A DNA stretch of 63,976 bases, filler included, from Octopus bimaculoides (Eukaryota): NCBI RefSeq assembly GCF_001194135.2. It is 7 parts of 7 records of this genome, joined end to end, with 100 filler letters (N's around TTAATTAATTAA, not from the genome) between each part and the next. Parts side by side here need not be neighbours in the genome. Positions count along the whole stretch, not along the records: positions 26,359 to 39,319 come from NC_068996.1; positions 39,420 to 48,645 come from NC_068982.1; positions 48,746 to 57,506 come from NC_068986.1; 4 more parts are not named here. One strand, 5' to 3'. Position 1 is the first letter of the stretch; each line of letters starts with the position of its first letter. The notes under the pieces were generated by a model. It was not told where the DNA came from, made no database searches, and was given only the letters and a program-made list of their open reading frames with translations. Below are positions 39,021-53,343 of the stretch, piece by piece. The translations under genes were made by a program, and so were the position numbers.

Positions 39021-41374
39021 GTGTGTATCTTTGTGTCTGTTCCTCCGCCCATAGCTTGACAACTGTATTGGTGTTTGTGTCCTCATAACTTAGTGGTTTG
39101 GCAAAAGAAACTAATAGAATAAGTACTAAGCTTACATAGAATAAGTCCTAGGATCGATTTCTTAGACTAAAACCTTTTAAAGCAGTGCTCCAGCATGGTC
39201 ACAGTCAAATGACTGAAAATGTGTAAAAGAATATATATAATAAATATATATACTTCAAGGTGGTGCCCCAGCATGGCTACAGGCTAGTGAATGAAACAAG
39301 ATATATATATATATATATANNNNNNNNNNNNNNNNNNNNNNNNNNNNNNNNNNNNNNNNNNNNTTAATTAATTAANNNNNNNNNNNNNNNNNNNNNNNNN
39401 NNNNNNNNNNNNNNNNNNNTGCATTCATACATACACTAAAAATATGTGAAAAACATTTCAAGCGATTGTGGTTGAGCATAGGAAAGAAAGGAGGTATCTC
39501 AAATGGTGCTTGAAAAAAGAAAATGTCCCCCTTTCACTGCATTGTACCATTATATACTATGAGCCGTGTTATTGAAGACGTCGATGAGTCAAAAATAGCT
39601 GAGCTCATGACTCATTATGTCCATGAGTTGCCCCAATCTAACATTGATGGCCCTCTAAATATTTATGCCATTAGTCATAAGACACATCTCAAAATAAGGT
39701 CAGATTGGATAATAAGATTTTTTTAAGTGACGAAATCATACAGGACTATAGTGGAACGTTGAATTTCGTGATAGTGTGTCAGCCATGTTTGTTGCTATTG
39801 TTGTTGCCGTTCTTCTTGCTGTTACTGTGTTGTTGCTGCTGCTGCTGCTGCTGCTGCTGTTGTTGCTGTTGTCATCACCGTCATCGGCGTTGTTGCTATT
39901 GTCATTATTATAGTTGACGTTGTTAATGTTGTCGTCGTCGTTGTCATTGCTGTTGTCTTCATCGTTATAGTTGTTGTTTTTGCTGCTGCTGCTGATTCTG
40001 AAGCATGTATGGCAAACAGGTGAGAAAGCAATAACCGAAAACTTTCATCATTAAATTGGTGATTAGACCATTAACCAATTACCTACCAGTGATTTCATAT
40101 GAGATCACTTAAAAATTACAAATTTCGTAATTATCTGTCAATATTTACACATATCTAACCTTTTTGCTATATCTACTAGGTATATTTCTCCGATATTCAA
40201 ATGAGGTCTGCTAATTTTTCATCCAATATCTCGCTTATTTCTATTTAAAATGATATTTTGAAATGTTATTTTGATCATTCCAGCGTGTTTCTAAGGCTGT
40301 TTTATACTAGAAATCAAAGTTTCATAAAAAAANNNNNNNNNNNNNNNNNNNNNNNNNNNNNNNNNNNNNNNNNNNNNNNNNNNNNNNNNNNNNNNNNNNN
40401 NNNNNNNNNNNNNNNNNNNNNNNNNNNNNNNNNNNNNNNNNNNNNNNNNNNNNNNNNNNNNNNNNNNNNNNNNNNNNNNNNNNNNNNNNNNNNNNNNNNN
40501 NNNNNNNNNNNNNNNNNNNNNNNNNNNNNNNNNNNNNNNNNNNNNNNNNNNNNNNNNNNNNNNNNNNNNNNNNNNNNNNNNNNNNNNNNNNNNNNNNNNN
40601 NNNNNNNNNNNNNNNNNNNNNNNNNNNNNNNNNNNNNNNNNNNNNNNNNNNNNNNNNNNNNNNNNNNNNNNNNNNNNNNNNNNNNNNNNNNNNNNNNNNN
40701 NNNNNNNNNNNNNNNNNNNNNNNNNNNNNNNNNNNNNNNNNNNNNNNNNNNNNNNNNNNNNNNNNNNNNNNNNNNNNNNNNNNNNNNNNNNNNNNNNNNN
40801 NNNNNNNNNNNNNNNNNNNNNNNNNNNNNNNNNNNNNNNNNNNNNNNNNNNNNNNNNNNNNNNNNNNNNNNNNNNNNNNNNNNNNNNNNNNNNNNNNNNN
40901 NNNNNNNNNNNNNNNNNNNNNNNNNNNNNNNNNNNNNNNNNNNNNNNNNNNNNNNNNNNNNNNNNNNNNNNNNNNNNNNNNNNNNNNNNNNNNNNNNNNN
41001 NNNNNNNNNNNNNNNNNNNNNNNNNNNNNNNNNNNNNNNNNNNNNNNNNNNNNNNNNNNNNNNNNNNNNNNNNNNNNNNNNNNNNNNNNNNNNNNNNNNN
41101 NNNNNNNNNNNNNNNNNNNNNNNNNNNNAAAAGAGACCGATAGAATAAGTACTAGGCTTACAAAGAATAAGTCCTGGGGTCGATTTGCTCGACTAAAGGC
41201 GGTGCTCCAGCATGGCCGCAGTCAAATGACTGAAACAAGTAAAAGAGTAAAGAGAGTAAAAAGGGTGACATAAATTAACTTGGAAATTTGATCGCAGGTT
41301 TTAATTGGGATCAGTTTTAAAACAAGAAGTTTTATAATAGAACTAAGGGACCGGTATCAAAAGAAATTATCATG

Positions 41375-41412
<38 letters not shown>

Positions 41413-42197
41413 TTGGGGTTGGGGAAGGTCCTTCTTATGCAGATGTGTTGGGATAATTAAACTGATGCATAAACGTAAAAGATGTGTCAGCGTTCTAACT
41501 ATTGATTTGTGTCAGCGTTCTAGCTATTGATTTGTGTCAGATTAAGTTAAATATCGAAGTATGTTGCAATGTACAGAGAGCCCCAAAGCCCCTGACATGC
41601 GTACACAAACGCATACACATACGAACCGATACACACACACACACGTTCACACACAAACACACACGAAACCTCCTACACGTATAATCAAGTATAATCAAGT
41701 ATAACACGCGCGCTTGCGCATGAACCGCCCTACACACATATTACACGCGTTTGCTTACACAGATACACGCGTGCGCGCATACACACTTACATACGGAGGA
41801 ACCCCCTTATACACGTACGCTCACACAACTGAACCTCCCCACACAAACACGAACCGACGCACACATATGTTACGCACACACACAAATCTAACCAGAGTGC
41901 ACTTTACCTTTCTTCCTTTCAAAAGAGGAGGAATAAAATAAAATACCAGTGAAATAATGGGGTTAATTTGATTGACTAACTCTACTCCCTCCTGTCAAAA
42001 CTGCAGGTATGTTTGTTAAGGCAAGTATTTTGCTCTGGATCTTTTATGTTCAGAATTCAGATTCCACTGAGGTTAACTTTACCTTTCATCTTTTCGGGGT
42101 TATTGAAATTATCTGTGAAACTAGTATTGGGGCTAGTTGTATTAACAAACCCACTCCTCTCAGGATTGCAGGCCTTGAATACGCACACACATAGGAA

Positions 42198-42237
<40 letters not shown>

Positions 42238-42951
42238 GAATCCCCTACGCACACAATTACACGTTCACATATGAAGAAAGAGAAATGATAACTACTTAAT
42301 CTAACAGTAGATACAAGCTGATTCAAAAGTCCCTTTAAGCGTAAATATAAACCGATTAACCACCGAGTTTAGTCAAGATCATTTGAACGTCTCGTCTCCC
42401 CTTTCCTCACACCTGTCATCTATTCACCATAGCTTTCATATACCTCTCCTATGCATTCATTAAACAACCCAACTGCAGTACTCTTGTTGTCTGCACGGCG
42501 CAAGGATTCCAAAATGGATGGTCTGTTTCCCTGCCAGCTGCTGAGATCACCCATCATGAAGTACCATTTGTAGGGCGTTGACTCTTCCCTCATCTTTTGA
42601 TAATGACATTTTCCCTTTGTTTCTATCCGTGATTTTCGGTCTCACTTGTATATTGTTATCCTTGTTTGTCTGTCACTTTACTGATATTCTCTATACCGCT
42701 GGCGACACCAGACAAGAACTAATGTAGGATTTAAAGTTTTCGAACTATAAACGCCCCGAAACTGCGCTTGTACTCTGTCCTCCATGGCTGATGAGAGGAT
42801 TTATGTGTATTTGTCCTTTATCCTTTTCCGTTAATCGTTTCCGTGTTCCATTTTGATTTTCCGTACACACGCACACATCAGAAACTATTATTAATCTCTA
42901 CTCTAGTACTGAGTACTCTTTCTTCCGACAGTCAATACAAAACGTGTGTGT

Positions 42952-43041
<90 letters not shown>

Positions 43042-43273
43042 TCACCCTCCATTTCCATGTAATTGTATTGTGATGACATTTTGTGACGGCTACTTATGAA
43101 GTAGACCACTTCACAAGAGCTCATTCACGAAAACTACATGATACACATTAGTGTGCCACCTGCTCCGCACTTAAAATAGGAAAAATATAGCCCATGGTGG
43201 ACTACCTTGTCAAGCTACGCGAATGTTTAAATACATTCCAAATAAGAATCGAAAAAAGGCACAAATTATCATA

Positions 43274-44562
43274 CACAGGGGTGGGCTGAAAAGTTCATAG
43301 GCTGTCTATGAAGGAGTGGTGTTAGAGCTGTGAATTCTTGCATGCACAAGTTTCAACACTTCGTATTAATAACTGCATAGTATCTTCCTAGATAATCTTA
43401 CATCTGACTGTTCAAAGAAGACATCGAATGTAACAAATAGTGGCTTCTCTTGGAAATCGACAAAATTTGCCATTGTGGTGTTATTAAGTACTTGCATCAA
43501 AAGGGGTTTAGCCCTCAACGGCATTCATGCTGATGTGGTTGCTATATTAATAGATGATGTTCCAGTTTTATCAACAGTGCAAAAGTGGGCAACTGAATTT
43601 AGGAGGGAAACAAAGAATCTTGAAGATGGCCCAAGGTTTGGACGTCCTATAACTACCACCACCGAAGAAAACATTGATCGTGTTCACTGCATGCTATTGG
43701 ATGACAGGCGATTGACTATAAATTCAATAGCCAATGCTGTTAGCATATCCCGTGAGAGAGTTGCGAATATTAGGTACAATAAACATGGTATGACGAAGGT
43801 TTTTGTTCCGTGGTTGCCACGTCTTCTGACACCTGATCAAAAGTGCTGATCACATCACGGAGAAATCTGACATTGTTTGAGGCAGGTCCAGTTGATTTCT
43901 TTGAGCATTTCGAAACCCAGGATGAGTGTTGGTTTCACCACTTTGATACAGAGACAAAGAGGCAATCCATGCTGTACAAACACCCCTTCTCACCTGCTTC
44001 AAAGAAGGCCAAGGTCGTTTCATCTCCAAGGAAAGTCATGGACTCAGTTTTTTGAGATGCAAACGACATTCTGTTTACTATCTTCAAAAGGAGTACACCA
44101 TCAGTGGAGAGTATTATGCCAACTTACTGGCGCAGTTATATAAGGCTATCAAGTCCCAACGCCCAGGAAAGCTTACGAAAGAGGTCTTGTTTCATCAGGA
44201 CAATGTTCCAGCACATAAGTCGTTGGTTTCAATGACCGTTTTATGTGACTGTGGTTTTCAAGTGGTTAATTGCCATCCTTATTCTTCTGATTTGGCCTCA
44301 CCTGACTATCTGTGTTCTCCAACATGAAAAAGCAGTTGACTGGAAACCAGTGTCGCAGTGATGATGACATCATATCTGCTGTTAATAACTTTTTTGACCA
44401 ACAGGATGAAAGCTTCTTCATCAATGGAATTCAAGAACTGTAACACCGATGGAAGAAGTATGTGGACCGCAAGGGGTACTGTGTTGAAAAATGAACCTCA
44501 GTTGGTCACATTCAATGAGAGTGTCTTGGTCAGCCTATGAACTTTTGCAGCAGACCTTCGTG
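43274..44562 (+). mobile_element. Full-length decayed mariner, second family
   Basis: TIRs ctgaaaagttcataggctg / cagcctatgaacttttgcag; WLPRLLT, QDECWFHHFD, LFHQDNVPAH and PYSSDLASPDY motifs; about 1.29 kb. Confidence 0.95.
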
Positions 44563-45384
44563 CGCAAGTGTGTGTGTGTTTGTATGTGTGTGTGTGTGTG
44601 CTATATTTTTTCGAATTATATATTCCAATTATATATATATATATATATATATATATNNNNNNNNNNTTCTCGTACCTTATCGGGTCGTCTTGATAAAAAG
44701 CGACCAGCAGAATAAGTTCCAGTCTGTAAATAAGAACTGGGATCGCTTTTATCAATCAAACCCTTCAAAGCGGTGCTCTAGCATGGCCTCAATCTACTGA
44801 CTGAAACAAGTAAAAGAATAACGGAATCACAGAATAACGAGAATAAAAGAATAAAATACTTTTGTGTTTGTACATTCTAAATTCAGTTCCTTCTTTCGAT
44901 TTTGGTTTCATTGTTCTCGAGTCGATAAATCCCGGGCGATCAATTCGTTCGATTGTTTTCCTTTCTGAGAAATTTGTGCTAATTTAAGTAATCAATATTT
45001 CCTCAATTGTTAATTTAGATAACATTTAATGAAAAATAATTTTTTAGAAATCATTCCAGGGCGTTAAAGAAGAGTTTCCCTTCATTGTTTTATTAAGATT
45101 TTTTTTCATTTAACCAAAAACAAATTTTTAACTCATCTAAAGCGAAATCGCGTAAGTTCATAATTTAGGCTTCGTAGGTGAAAGCAAATAGGTTGAATTC
45201 ACCAGAAATCACTGTTTCTTCTGCAAATGGACGCTGCAGGAACAAACTGACCTGAATTACAAAATTTTGCATCAGCTGCCATTTTAAACACATTTCTCAC
45301 TCATTCACTCATTCGCTTGCTCACTCACTCACTCACTCACTCATTCACTTGTTCACTCACTCACTCACATCTGTTTCCAGCATT

Positions 45385-45655
45385 AGCCACAGGACTCATA
45401 AAACCGGGGCCTACCTAATTTTCATGTTCTATAATTAACTGAGATTACAACACTTCCCCTTGAATGGAATGCAAGTCCATCACAGGGTTACCTTTCTAGC
45501 TATTGCTGGAACTCATTTACAGGTGAGTGGACTGGAATTACGTGAAATGAAATGTTTTATTCAAGAACTGAACGTACCACCCAGTTGTTCAGGAATCGAA
45601 CCCACGATCTACCACGATTTTACGATCGTGGCTGCAACAACCTGATCAGTTCTTG
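45385..45655 (-). mobile_element. Old SINE with CORE/V-domain-like body
   Basis: Minus strand gggttcgattcc B-box, ccagtccactcacctgtaaatgag and gtgatggacttgcattccattcaagggg segments. Confidence 0.55.
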
Positions 45656-47039
45656 GGGATGGTCATCTTTTGCCAATTAAAAAAAAAAAAAAGACCTTCC
45701 TCAAGAATAACAATAAAAATAAATAGATTAGAAAAGAAATCAATAACACGGAAGATGTACAGAAAGTTACTTAAAAATCTAGACCGAGCTAACCAGTAAA
45801 CTGCTACGTGGCTCTTTGCCATGCAAGAAACTGCAACCAAATTCCATTTGGACACCATCCGAGTATCTTAAAAAGGAAATAAAAACCCTGATGTCGAATC
45901 AGTGAATATCCACCAACACACGTTAAATAATATACCCTCACAGCCCCGCATATCTGTTGCCCTTCTATCCTAGAAACATCATCTTCCAATACATAAAATA
46001 AAAACATCTAATTCTGAAAGTTTCAGATTTTGATCATCGATTCTTAGGTCTGACAACAACATACTTTCTGGTGAATTTTCTCCCATTTTTTTTAAAGAAT
46101 ATATGTTAACATATGATGTCATGACGCAGAATTTTGTTAAATGCTATTCCTAATAATATTTAATTATAGAAATATATGATTTTTCAAACATTGAAATTAT
46201 TATGAGGGTCCACCCAAGTAAAATAAGAATCAAAGGGATCCATGGGTAAAACATGGAAACTGCATGGAAGCCCATCACATATATATACATATATACACAT
46301 ACATAGACACGTGTGTCTTTGTGCTTGTCCCTCCTTGAATGCTTGACAACCGGTGCTGGTTTGTTTACGTCCCCGTAACTTAGTAGTTCAGCAATAAATA
46401 AACACTGGGGTGGGTTTGGTCGACTAAAAATGGCTCTTGCTTCCATTACTAAGCTCGTTTTGGAACCAAGTAGTTTCGGGTCAGTTCCACTGCGTCATGC
46501 CTTGGGCAAGAGTCTTCTATTATAGCCAGGCACCGACCAATGCTTGTGAGTAAATTTGATAAAAGGAAACTGCGTGGAAGCCCATAACATATATATGCAT
46601 AGACACACAAATACACACGTGTATATTTGTGTTTTTCCTATCCCCTAACCGCTTGACAACCGGTGTTGCTTTGTTTACATTCCTCGTAACTTAGCGGTTC
46701 AGCAATAAATAAACACTGGGGTCGATTTGTTCGATTAAAACCCTTCAGGGTGGTGCCAGCATAGCCGTAGTGGAATGACTGAAAAAACGTAAAAGTTAAA
46801 AGATAAGAGATAAAGCGGAAAGGCTTCCATTTGTACCATCCCACTCACCATAAAATTGCGTCTTTAATGATTGAAATACGCAAGAATGCTGTTATGCACA
46901 GCACAGGCTGTATATGGCAGCAGACTACTTCTCTCATAAAATATGAACACGCATACCACCAACACGTGTGTTCTCAGTTCGCTCCAAGATGTCGGATTAT
47001 GAACAAACCTTCTCCGTCTACTGCTTCGGCAACATCGCG

Positions 47040-47200
47040 GAGACAAAGGAAAACGCATGGCATTAACCTGTATAGACTTTCCCTCAAAATATCTGACGAA
47101 GAGTCGACGGTTAATTATTGCCAGAAACTTCGACTCATAGCCAAACAAATGCGTTGTTCATCTTGTAAAAGTAGATGGGCAACGCATATAAGAATCAAAG
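47040..47200 (+). mobile_element. Possible Merlin/ISXO2-like transposase N-terminal fragment
   Basis: GINLYRLSLKISDEESTVNYCQKLRLIAKQMRCSSCK resembles Merlin N-termini with CxxC. Recognised by eye only. Confidence 0.4.
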
Positions 47201-47378
47201 CTATATGAGAATCAAGAATGATCCCCACAAAAAAAAACAAAACAGGGAGGAGCAGAGGGAGAGGAGAAAGTGAGAGAGAACCAATGTCAGATCATTTGTG
47301 TGTGTGTATGTGTGTGTAGAATTCATCTTTCGTGTCCTAAAGGGAAATATAAAAATATATTTTTTTAAAATTATATAT

Positions 47379-47780
47379 AGGCGCAGGAGTGGGTGTGTGG
47401 TAAGTAGCTTGCTTACCAACCACATGGTTCCTGGTTCGTTGCCACTGCGTGGCACCTTGGGCAAATGTCTTCCACTATAGCCTCGGGCCGACCAAAGCCT
47501 TGTGAGTGGATTTGGTAGACGGAAACTGAAAGAAGCCCGTCGTATATATGTATATATATATGTATGTGTGTGTATATGTTTGTATGTGTGTGTTTGTCCC
47601 CCCAACATCGCTTGACAACCGATGCTGGTGTGTTTATATCCCCGTAACATAGCGGTTCGGCAAAACAGACCGATAGAATAAGTACTAGGCTTCCAAAGAA
47701 TAAGTCCTGGTGTCGATTTGCTCGACTAAAGGCGGTGCTCCAGCATGGCCGCAGTCAAATGACTGAAACAAGTAAAAGAG
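47379..47780 (+). mobile_element. SINE family A, full length
   Basis: tRNA-like head ggcgcaggagtgggtgtgtggtaagtagcttgc..ggttcgttgcc, central microsatellite, tail gactgaaacaagtaaaagag; near-identical to 49602. Confidence 0.95.
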
Positions 47781-48745
47781 TATTATACTGGTTAACTCAA
47801 CTCTTTAAAGATATTTTATTCAGTATGTTTGTGAGCGTATGAATGTGTGCTTTCCTGTATCTGTATCTGCCACATCATATCTGCGAATATTTTCTGCTTT
47901 TTATATTGTAAAGTTATTTTGAGTTGCCTTTGTTCAGCAAGTCAATTTGTCCTCAACATCAGCGGCAGCAAGTAGTAGCAGTAGTAGTAGTAATAGTAGT
48001 AGTAGCAGCAACAAAAGCAGCAGTAATGGGACCGTGGAGCGTTAAGCTCCAAGATTGAATGCATCACGACAGCATGTTAAGTTTTCGTCTATCTCCCTTT
48101 TACGTTCGTGTTCCAAACATACGCCGCCACAGACATCTGACGTTCATTCAATCGGTTATTCTCTTCCTACGAGTAATTGTCATTGTTGTTGTTGTCCTTG
48201 CTGTCGTTTAGCCCCAGATCGGCTTTCAGTAAGTAGGTATATGATCAAAGCCGTTCAAACCGTAATACAAGATCTTAAAACTTCCTTTCTACGTCCAGAA
48301 CCGCCAATATGAAGACCTTCCTGGATTAAGTCGGTATAGTGTGGTTTGAGAGAGAGAAGGGAGAGAGAGACAGAGAGAGAGAGACAGAGGGAAAGTGTGT
48401 ATGGGTGTGGATGCATGTGCGACAGATAGACAGCAGACAGATATAAAGATGGAGAGGAAGGGTGGAATGGGGACAGGAAGAGAGTGAAGGGAGGGGGAGA
48501 AAGAAAGAGAGAGTTGGGAAGGGGTGAGGAGACAGAAAGAGAAATAGAGAGACATTTGGCTGCTGTTTCTACCAGGTCAAACCTCAGTGTAGAGGCTCCT
48601 TTACTCTGTCTGGGTGAATGTGTAAGGCAGCGATGAATGAGCAGTNNNNNNNNNNNNNNNNNNNNNNNNNNNNNNNNNNNNNNNNNNNNTTAATTAATTA
48701 ANNNNNNNNNNNNNNNNNNNNNNNNNNNNNNNNNNNNNNNNNNNN

Positions 48746-50270
48746 CACCACCACCAAATCCACTGGCACTACCACCACCATCACCACCACCATCATCACC
48801 ACCATAACCTCCACCACTACCACCACCACCACCACCACCAAATCCACTGACACTACCACCACCATCACCAACACCATCATCACCACCATAACCTCCACCA
48901 CCACCACCATTAGCACCACCATTACCATCACCACCACTATCACCACCATTATCACCGCCAACATCGCCACCACAACAACTACTTCCTCCACTACTATTTC
49001 TGCGACAACCACCATCATGACCACATGACTTCTACCTTTACCACTTCAATCACCACCAAACTACCATTACCGCTACCACCATCACTACTTTCACTATCGC
49101 CACCTTGATCACCACTATCGCTACTTTTACTCCTACCACTACTCTCACTATTACCATTACTACGAGTGTTTTAACCGCCACCACCCAGCTACTACCACCT
49201 ATTTTGAAGCTAAACGGTGTCATGGAAGTGAGTAGACAATTTCAGGGATAATTAGCAACGCATGAGCCATTACGGTGGAATGGATTTAAGGTTCAAGACA
49301 GTCAACTTCTTAGATTTTACCCTCCTCCTCGCGGGACCAAGAGTTCAAACACTGATACAGCTATTGTGTGTCCCACCACCATATACCACCACCACTACCC
49401 TCACTATCACCAATACCACCACCGTCACCACCACAAATACCAGTATCACCACCAACCCAATCCCATCTCCACCACCACCACTACCACTACGACCACCACT
49501 GCCATCACCTACACCACCATCCACCAGTATTCCCACCGAACCCATCTTCATTACCGCCAAACCCAATGACGCCACCATCTTTGTTCTTACCATCCACCAT
49601 TAGACGTAGGAGTGGCTCTGTGGTGAGTAGCTTGCTTACGAACCACATGGTTCTGGGTTCGGTCCCACTGCGTGGCATCTTGGGCAAGTGTCTTCTACTA
49701 TAACCTCGGGCCGACCAATCCCTTGTGAGTGGATTTGGTAGACGGAAACTGAAAGAAGCCCGTCGTATATATGTATATATGTATATGTATGTGTGAGCAT
49801 ATGCCTGTGTGTCTGTGTTTGTCCCCCCAACATCGCTTGACAACCGATGCTGGTGTGTTTACGTCGCAGTTACTTAGCGGTTCGGCAAAAAGAGACCGAT
49901 AGAATAAGTACTAGGCTTACAAAGAATAAGTCCTGGGGTCGATTTGCTCGACTAAAGGCGGTGCTCCAGCATGGCCACAGTCAAATGACTGAAACAAGGA
50001 AAAGAGTAAAAGAGCAAATGAGTATTAGTTCTAACACCACCAAGTTAATTCTTGTCCACCAACACCACCACCACCACTACCACTACCACTACCATCACCA
50101 CACTGTCCGCTAACATCACAACCAATAGCACCACCACCCCCGCCTATGCCACCTCCACTGCCACCGTCATCTTTGGATCTTTGGTCAATCTGAGTTGACA
50201 GAAACTGTATTTCGATCAGCCTCGTTTCAATGGATATACCATCATCAGTAGCAGCAACAGCAACAGCAAC

Positions 50271-50329
<59 letters not shown>

Positions 50330-50356
50330 AAGCAGCAGCAGCAACAGTAATAACTG

Positions 50357-50451
<95 letters not shown>

Positions 50452-50493
50452 CCAGCAGCGGCATCGTCTTGTCGGCGGCGGTGATATCTTTAG

Positions 50494-50532
<39 letters not shown>

Positions 50533-50650
50533 GAACAACACCATCGTCAACATCGCCACCCACCATCACCATCATCACCACCATCGGCATCATTGTCATC
50601 ATCGTCGTAGTCATCATCATCACCATCATCATAATTATCATCACCAACAA
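48746..50650. repeat. Degenerate (ACC/ACT/AGT/CAT)n trinucleotide fields, including an 84-bp unit twice at 48746 and 48830
   Basis: Directly visible; interrupted by the SINE at 49602. Confidence 0.85.
49602..50014 (+). mobile_element. SINE family A, full length
   Basis: Aligns end to end with 47379-47780. Partial or older copies near 21360, 39020, 41130, 44670, 46240 and 46480. Confidence 0.95.
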
Positions 50651-52113
50651 GTTGACTTCTAAACAAGCGCCAGCGGGGGAAAGTTTCAATGTGGTCGCTT
50701 CATTAGCTGGAAATAGTAATTAATCTCTCTGAAATTACATTCAGCCGCCGGTAAGAAAATGGGAGTCCATATTGGATTATGTAGTCAGAAACTATGTGTT
50801 ACAAGATGGGATGGTTACGGCTGGTATGTCTTTCGCCATAGGCTTACTTGAACAGGTCTGGTCTGGAGTTAGGCATCAACATCATCTGCATCATCATCAT
50901 CAGCATCATCAACAGGATCGTAAGTTATGATCACAATTATCGTCGTCGTCGTCGTCGTCCTCACTACATTGTCATGTCTATTATCATCATCATCATCATC
51001 CCAGCCACCACCACCAAGTCGTCATCAACATCATCATCAGCATCATCATTATCATCATCATCATCATCATCGTCATAAGAAGAAGAAGAAGAGGAGGAGG
51101 AGGAGGAGGAGGANNNNNNNNNNNNNNNNNNNNNNNNNNNNNNNNNNNNNNNNNNNNNNNNNNNNNNNNNNNNNNNNNNNNNNNNNNNNNNNNNNNNNNN
51201 NNNNNNNNNNNNNNNNNNNNNNNNNNNNNNNNNNNNNNNNNNNNNNNNNNNNNNNNNNNNNNNNNNNNNNNNNNNNNNNNNNNNNNNNNNNNNNNNNNNN
51301 NNNNNNNNNNNNNNNNNNNNNNNNNNNNNNNNNNNNNNNNNNNNNNNNNNNNNNNNNNNNNNNNNNNNNNNNNNNNNNNNNNNNNNNNNNNNNNNNNNNN
51401 NNNNNNNNNNNNNNNNNNNNNNNNNNNNNNNNNNNNNNNNNNNNNNNNNNNNNNNNNNNNNNNNNNNNNNNNNNNNNNNNNNNNNNNNNNNNNNNNNNNN
51501 NNNNNNNNNNNNNNNNNNNNNNNNNNNNNNNNNNNNNNNNNNNNNNNNNNNNNNNNNNNNNNNNNNNNNNNNNNNNNNNNNNNNNNNNNNNNNNNNNNNN
51601 NNNNNNNNNNNNNNNNNNNNNNNNNNNNNNNNNNNNNNNNNNNNNNNNNNNNNNNNNNNNNNNNNNNNNNNNNNNNNNNNNNNNNNNNNNNNNNNNNNNN
51701 NNNNNNNNNNNNNNNNNNNNNNNNNNNNNNNNNNNNNNNNNNNNNNNNNNNNNNNNNNNNNNNNNNNNNNNNNNNNNNNNNNNNNNNNNNNNNNNNNNNN
51801 NNNNNNNNNNNNNNNNNNNNNNNNNNNNNNNNNNNNNNNNNNNNNNNNNNNNNNNNNNNNNNNNNNNNNNNNNNNNNNNNNNNNNNNNNNNNNNNNNNNN
51901 NNNNNNNNNNNNNNNNNNNNNNNNNNNNNNNNNNNNNNNNNNNNNNNNNNNNNNNNNNNNNNNNNNNNNNNNNNNNNNNNNNNNNNNNNNNNNNNNNNNN
52001 NNNNNNNNNNNNNNNNNNNNNNNNNNNNNNNNNNNNNNNNNNNNNNNNNNNNNNNNNNNNNNNNNNNNNNNNNNNNNNNNNNNNNNNNNNNNNNNNNNNN
52101 NNNNNNNNNNNNN

Positions 52114-52454
52114 TGATCCGATCAACGGAACAGCCTGCTCGTGAAATTAACGTGCAAGTGGCTGAGCACTCCACAGACACGTGTACCCTTAACGTAGTTC
52201 TCGGGGATATTCAGCGTGACACAGTGTGACAAGGCTGACCCTTTGAATTACAGGCACAACAGAAACAGGAAGTAAGAGTGAAAGAAAGTTGTGGTGAAAG
52301 AGTACAGCAGGGTTCGCCACCATCCCCTGCCGGATCCCCGTGGAGCTTTAGGTGTTTTCGCTCAATAAACACTCACAACGCCCGGTCTGGGAATCGAAAC
52401 CGCGATCCTATGACCGTGAGTCCGCTGCCCTAACCACTGGGCTATTACGCCTCC
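52114..52454 (-). mobile_element. tRNA-derived SINE, family C (3' end lost in gap)
   Basis: Reverse complement is about 95% identical to 53344-53684. Confidence 0.95.
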
Positions 52455-53129
52455 ACTGTGAGGATTGTGCAGGGTGATGATTGTGTTCTGTACATGAATG
52501 TATGGGTTGTGTTATAGTGCTGGGTGATGGCGGTGTTTCGTATATAACGCGTGAATTGTGTTTTGTGCGACATGGTGAATGTTTTTGTTGTTGGTGGTGG
52601 TGGCTTTTCTTTTTCTGTTTTGCTGAGTCTAGAGGAGGGGGTAAAGCAGTACCTATGACTTTTTCAGGTCCTCCGAGACTGGGGAGCTTGATGTTGTTCA
52701 TGCTTCGTTTAAGCTGTTGTAGGTCAACACCTGCAGGGAAGACATGAGCAAGGGTAGAGCGATGATGCACTAAGAATGAAAGCTTGGACATAGTGGTTAG
52801 TGCGGGGAAAGGGATGTTAGATGCAACAAGGATGGCGGGAGATGGAGAGACGAGTGGGTCGGGTTACCTGTGTAGAGGATGTGATGTGTCGGTCATGTTA
52901 TAATGTAGGGTGAGGATTCTGTACAATATTTGTTATGTGAATTCTATTATTTTATTTAATTACGATTGGGCTAAGTATGCCGCTGTGTGAATTGTGAAGT
53001 TAAATGTGATGAGTTGGACACGAACTGTGTCGAGAAGATCTATTTTGTAGGGAGGAATGTTTGTAGAGTTGCATACACTGGTATGATTTTGTCTTAAAGT
53101 TCTTTATTAAACTTGTAATCGATTTATAA

Positions 53130-53260
53130 CTGTTTCTACTTTCGTACTCTGCATCCTACTTATTTTTATTTCAAGTTATTTCGATAATTCCTCGACCTCC
53201 TTCCGAGCGATGCTTTGGTAAGCAAGGACAGAATAATTTTTAAGAGTATAGAGGTCCTCT
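53130..53260 (-). mobile_element. Decayed LINE RT-thumb fragment (R4/Dong-like)
   Basis: HRSEGGRGIIEI resembles the LYLPRxxGGRGL motif. Confidence 0.4.
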
Positions 53261-53343
53261 TTCTTATCCTTGACGATTCACCTTTTTTCTTTTCTTTTTT
53301 CTTGTTTATTTTTCTATTTGGTGAAGGCGTTCTGGACAGACGT

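Noticed and set aside
41480-41705. Short tandem units (24-mer x2.4, 10-mer x2.5) as a CRISPR-like array
   Set aside because: No spacers; local slippage duplications in eukaryotic DNA.
20680-47135. Partial hammerhead words at 20683 (GAAACACGTGTA), 24688 (CTGATGA), 42757-42800 and 47093-47135
   Set aside because: Each lacks half the core or the helices; expected by chance at this length.
48746-49560. Thr-rich mucin-like reading frames
   Set aside because: Degenerate (ACY)n with frameshifts and no splice signals; simple-repeat decay.
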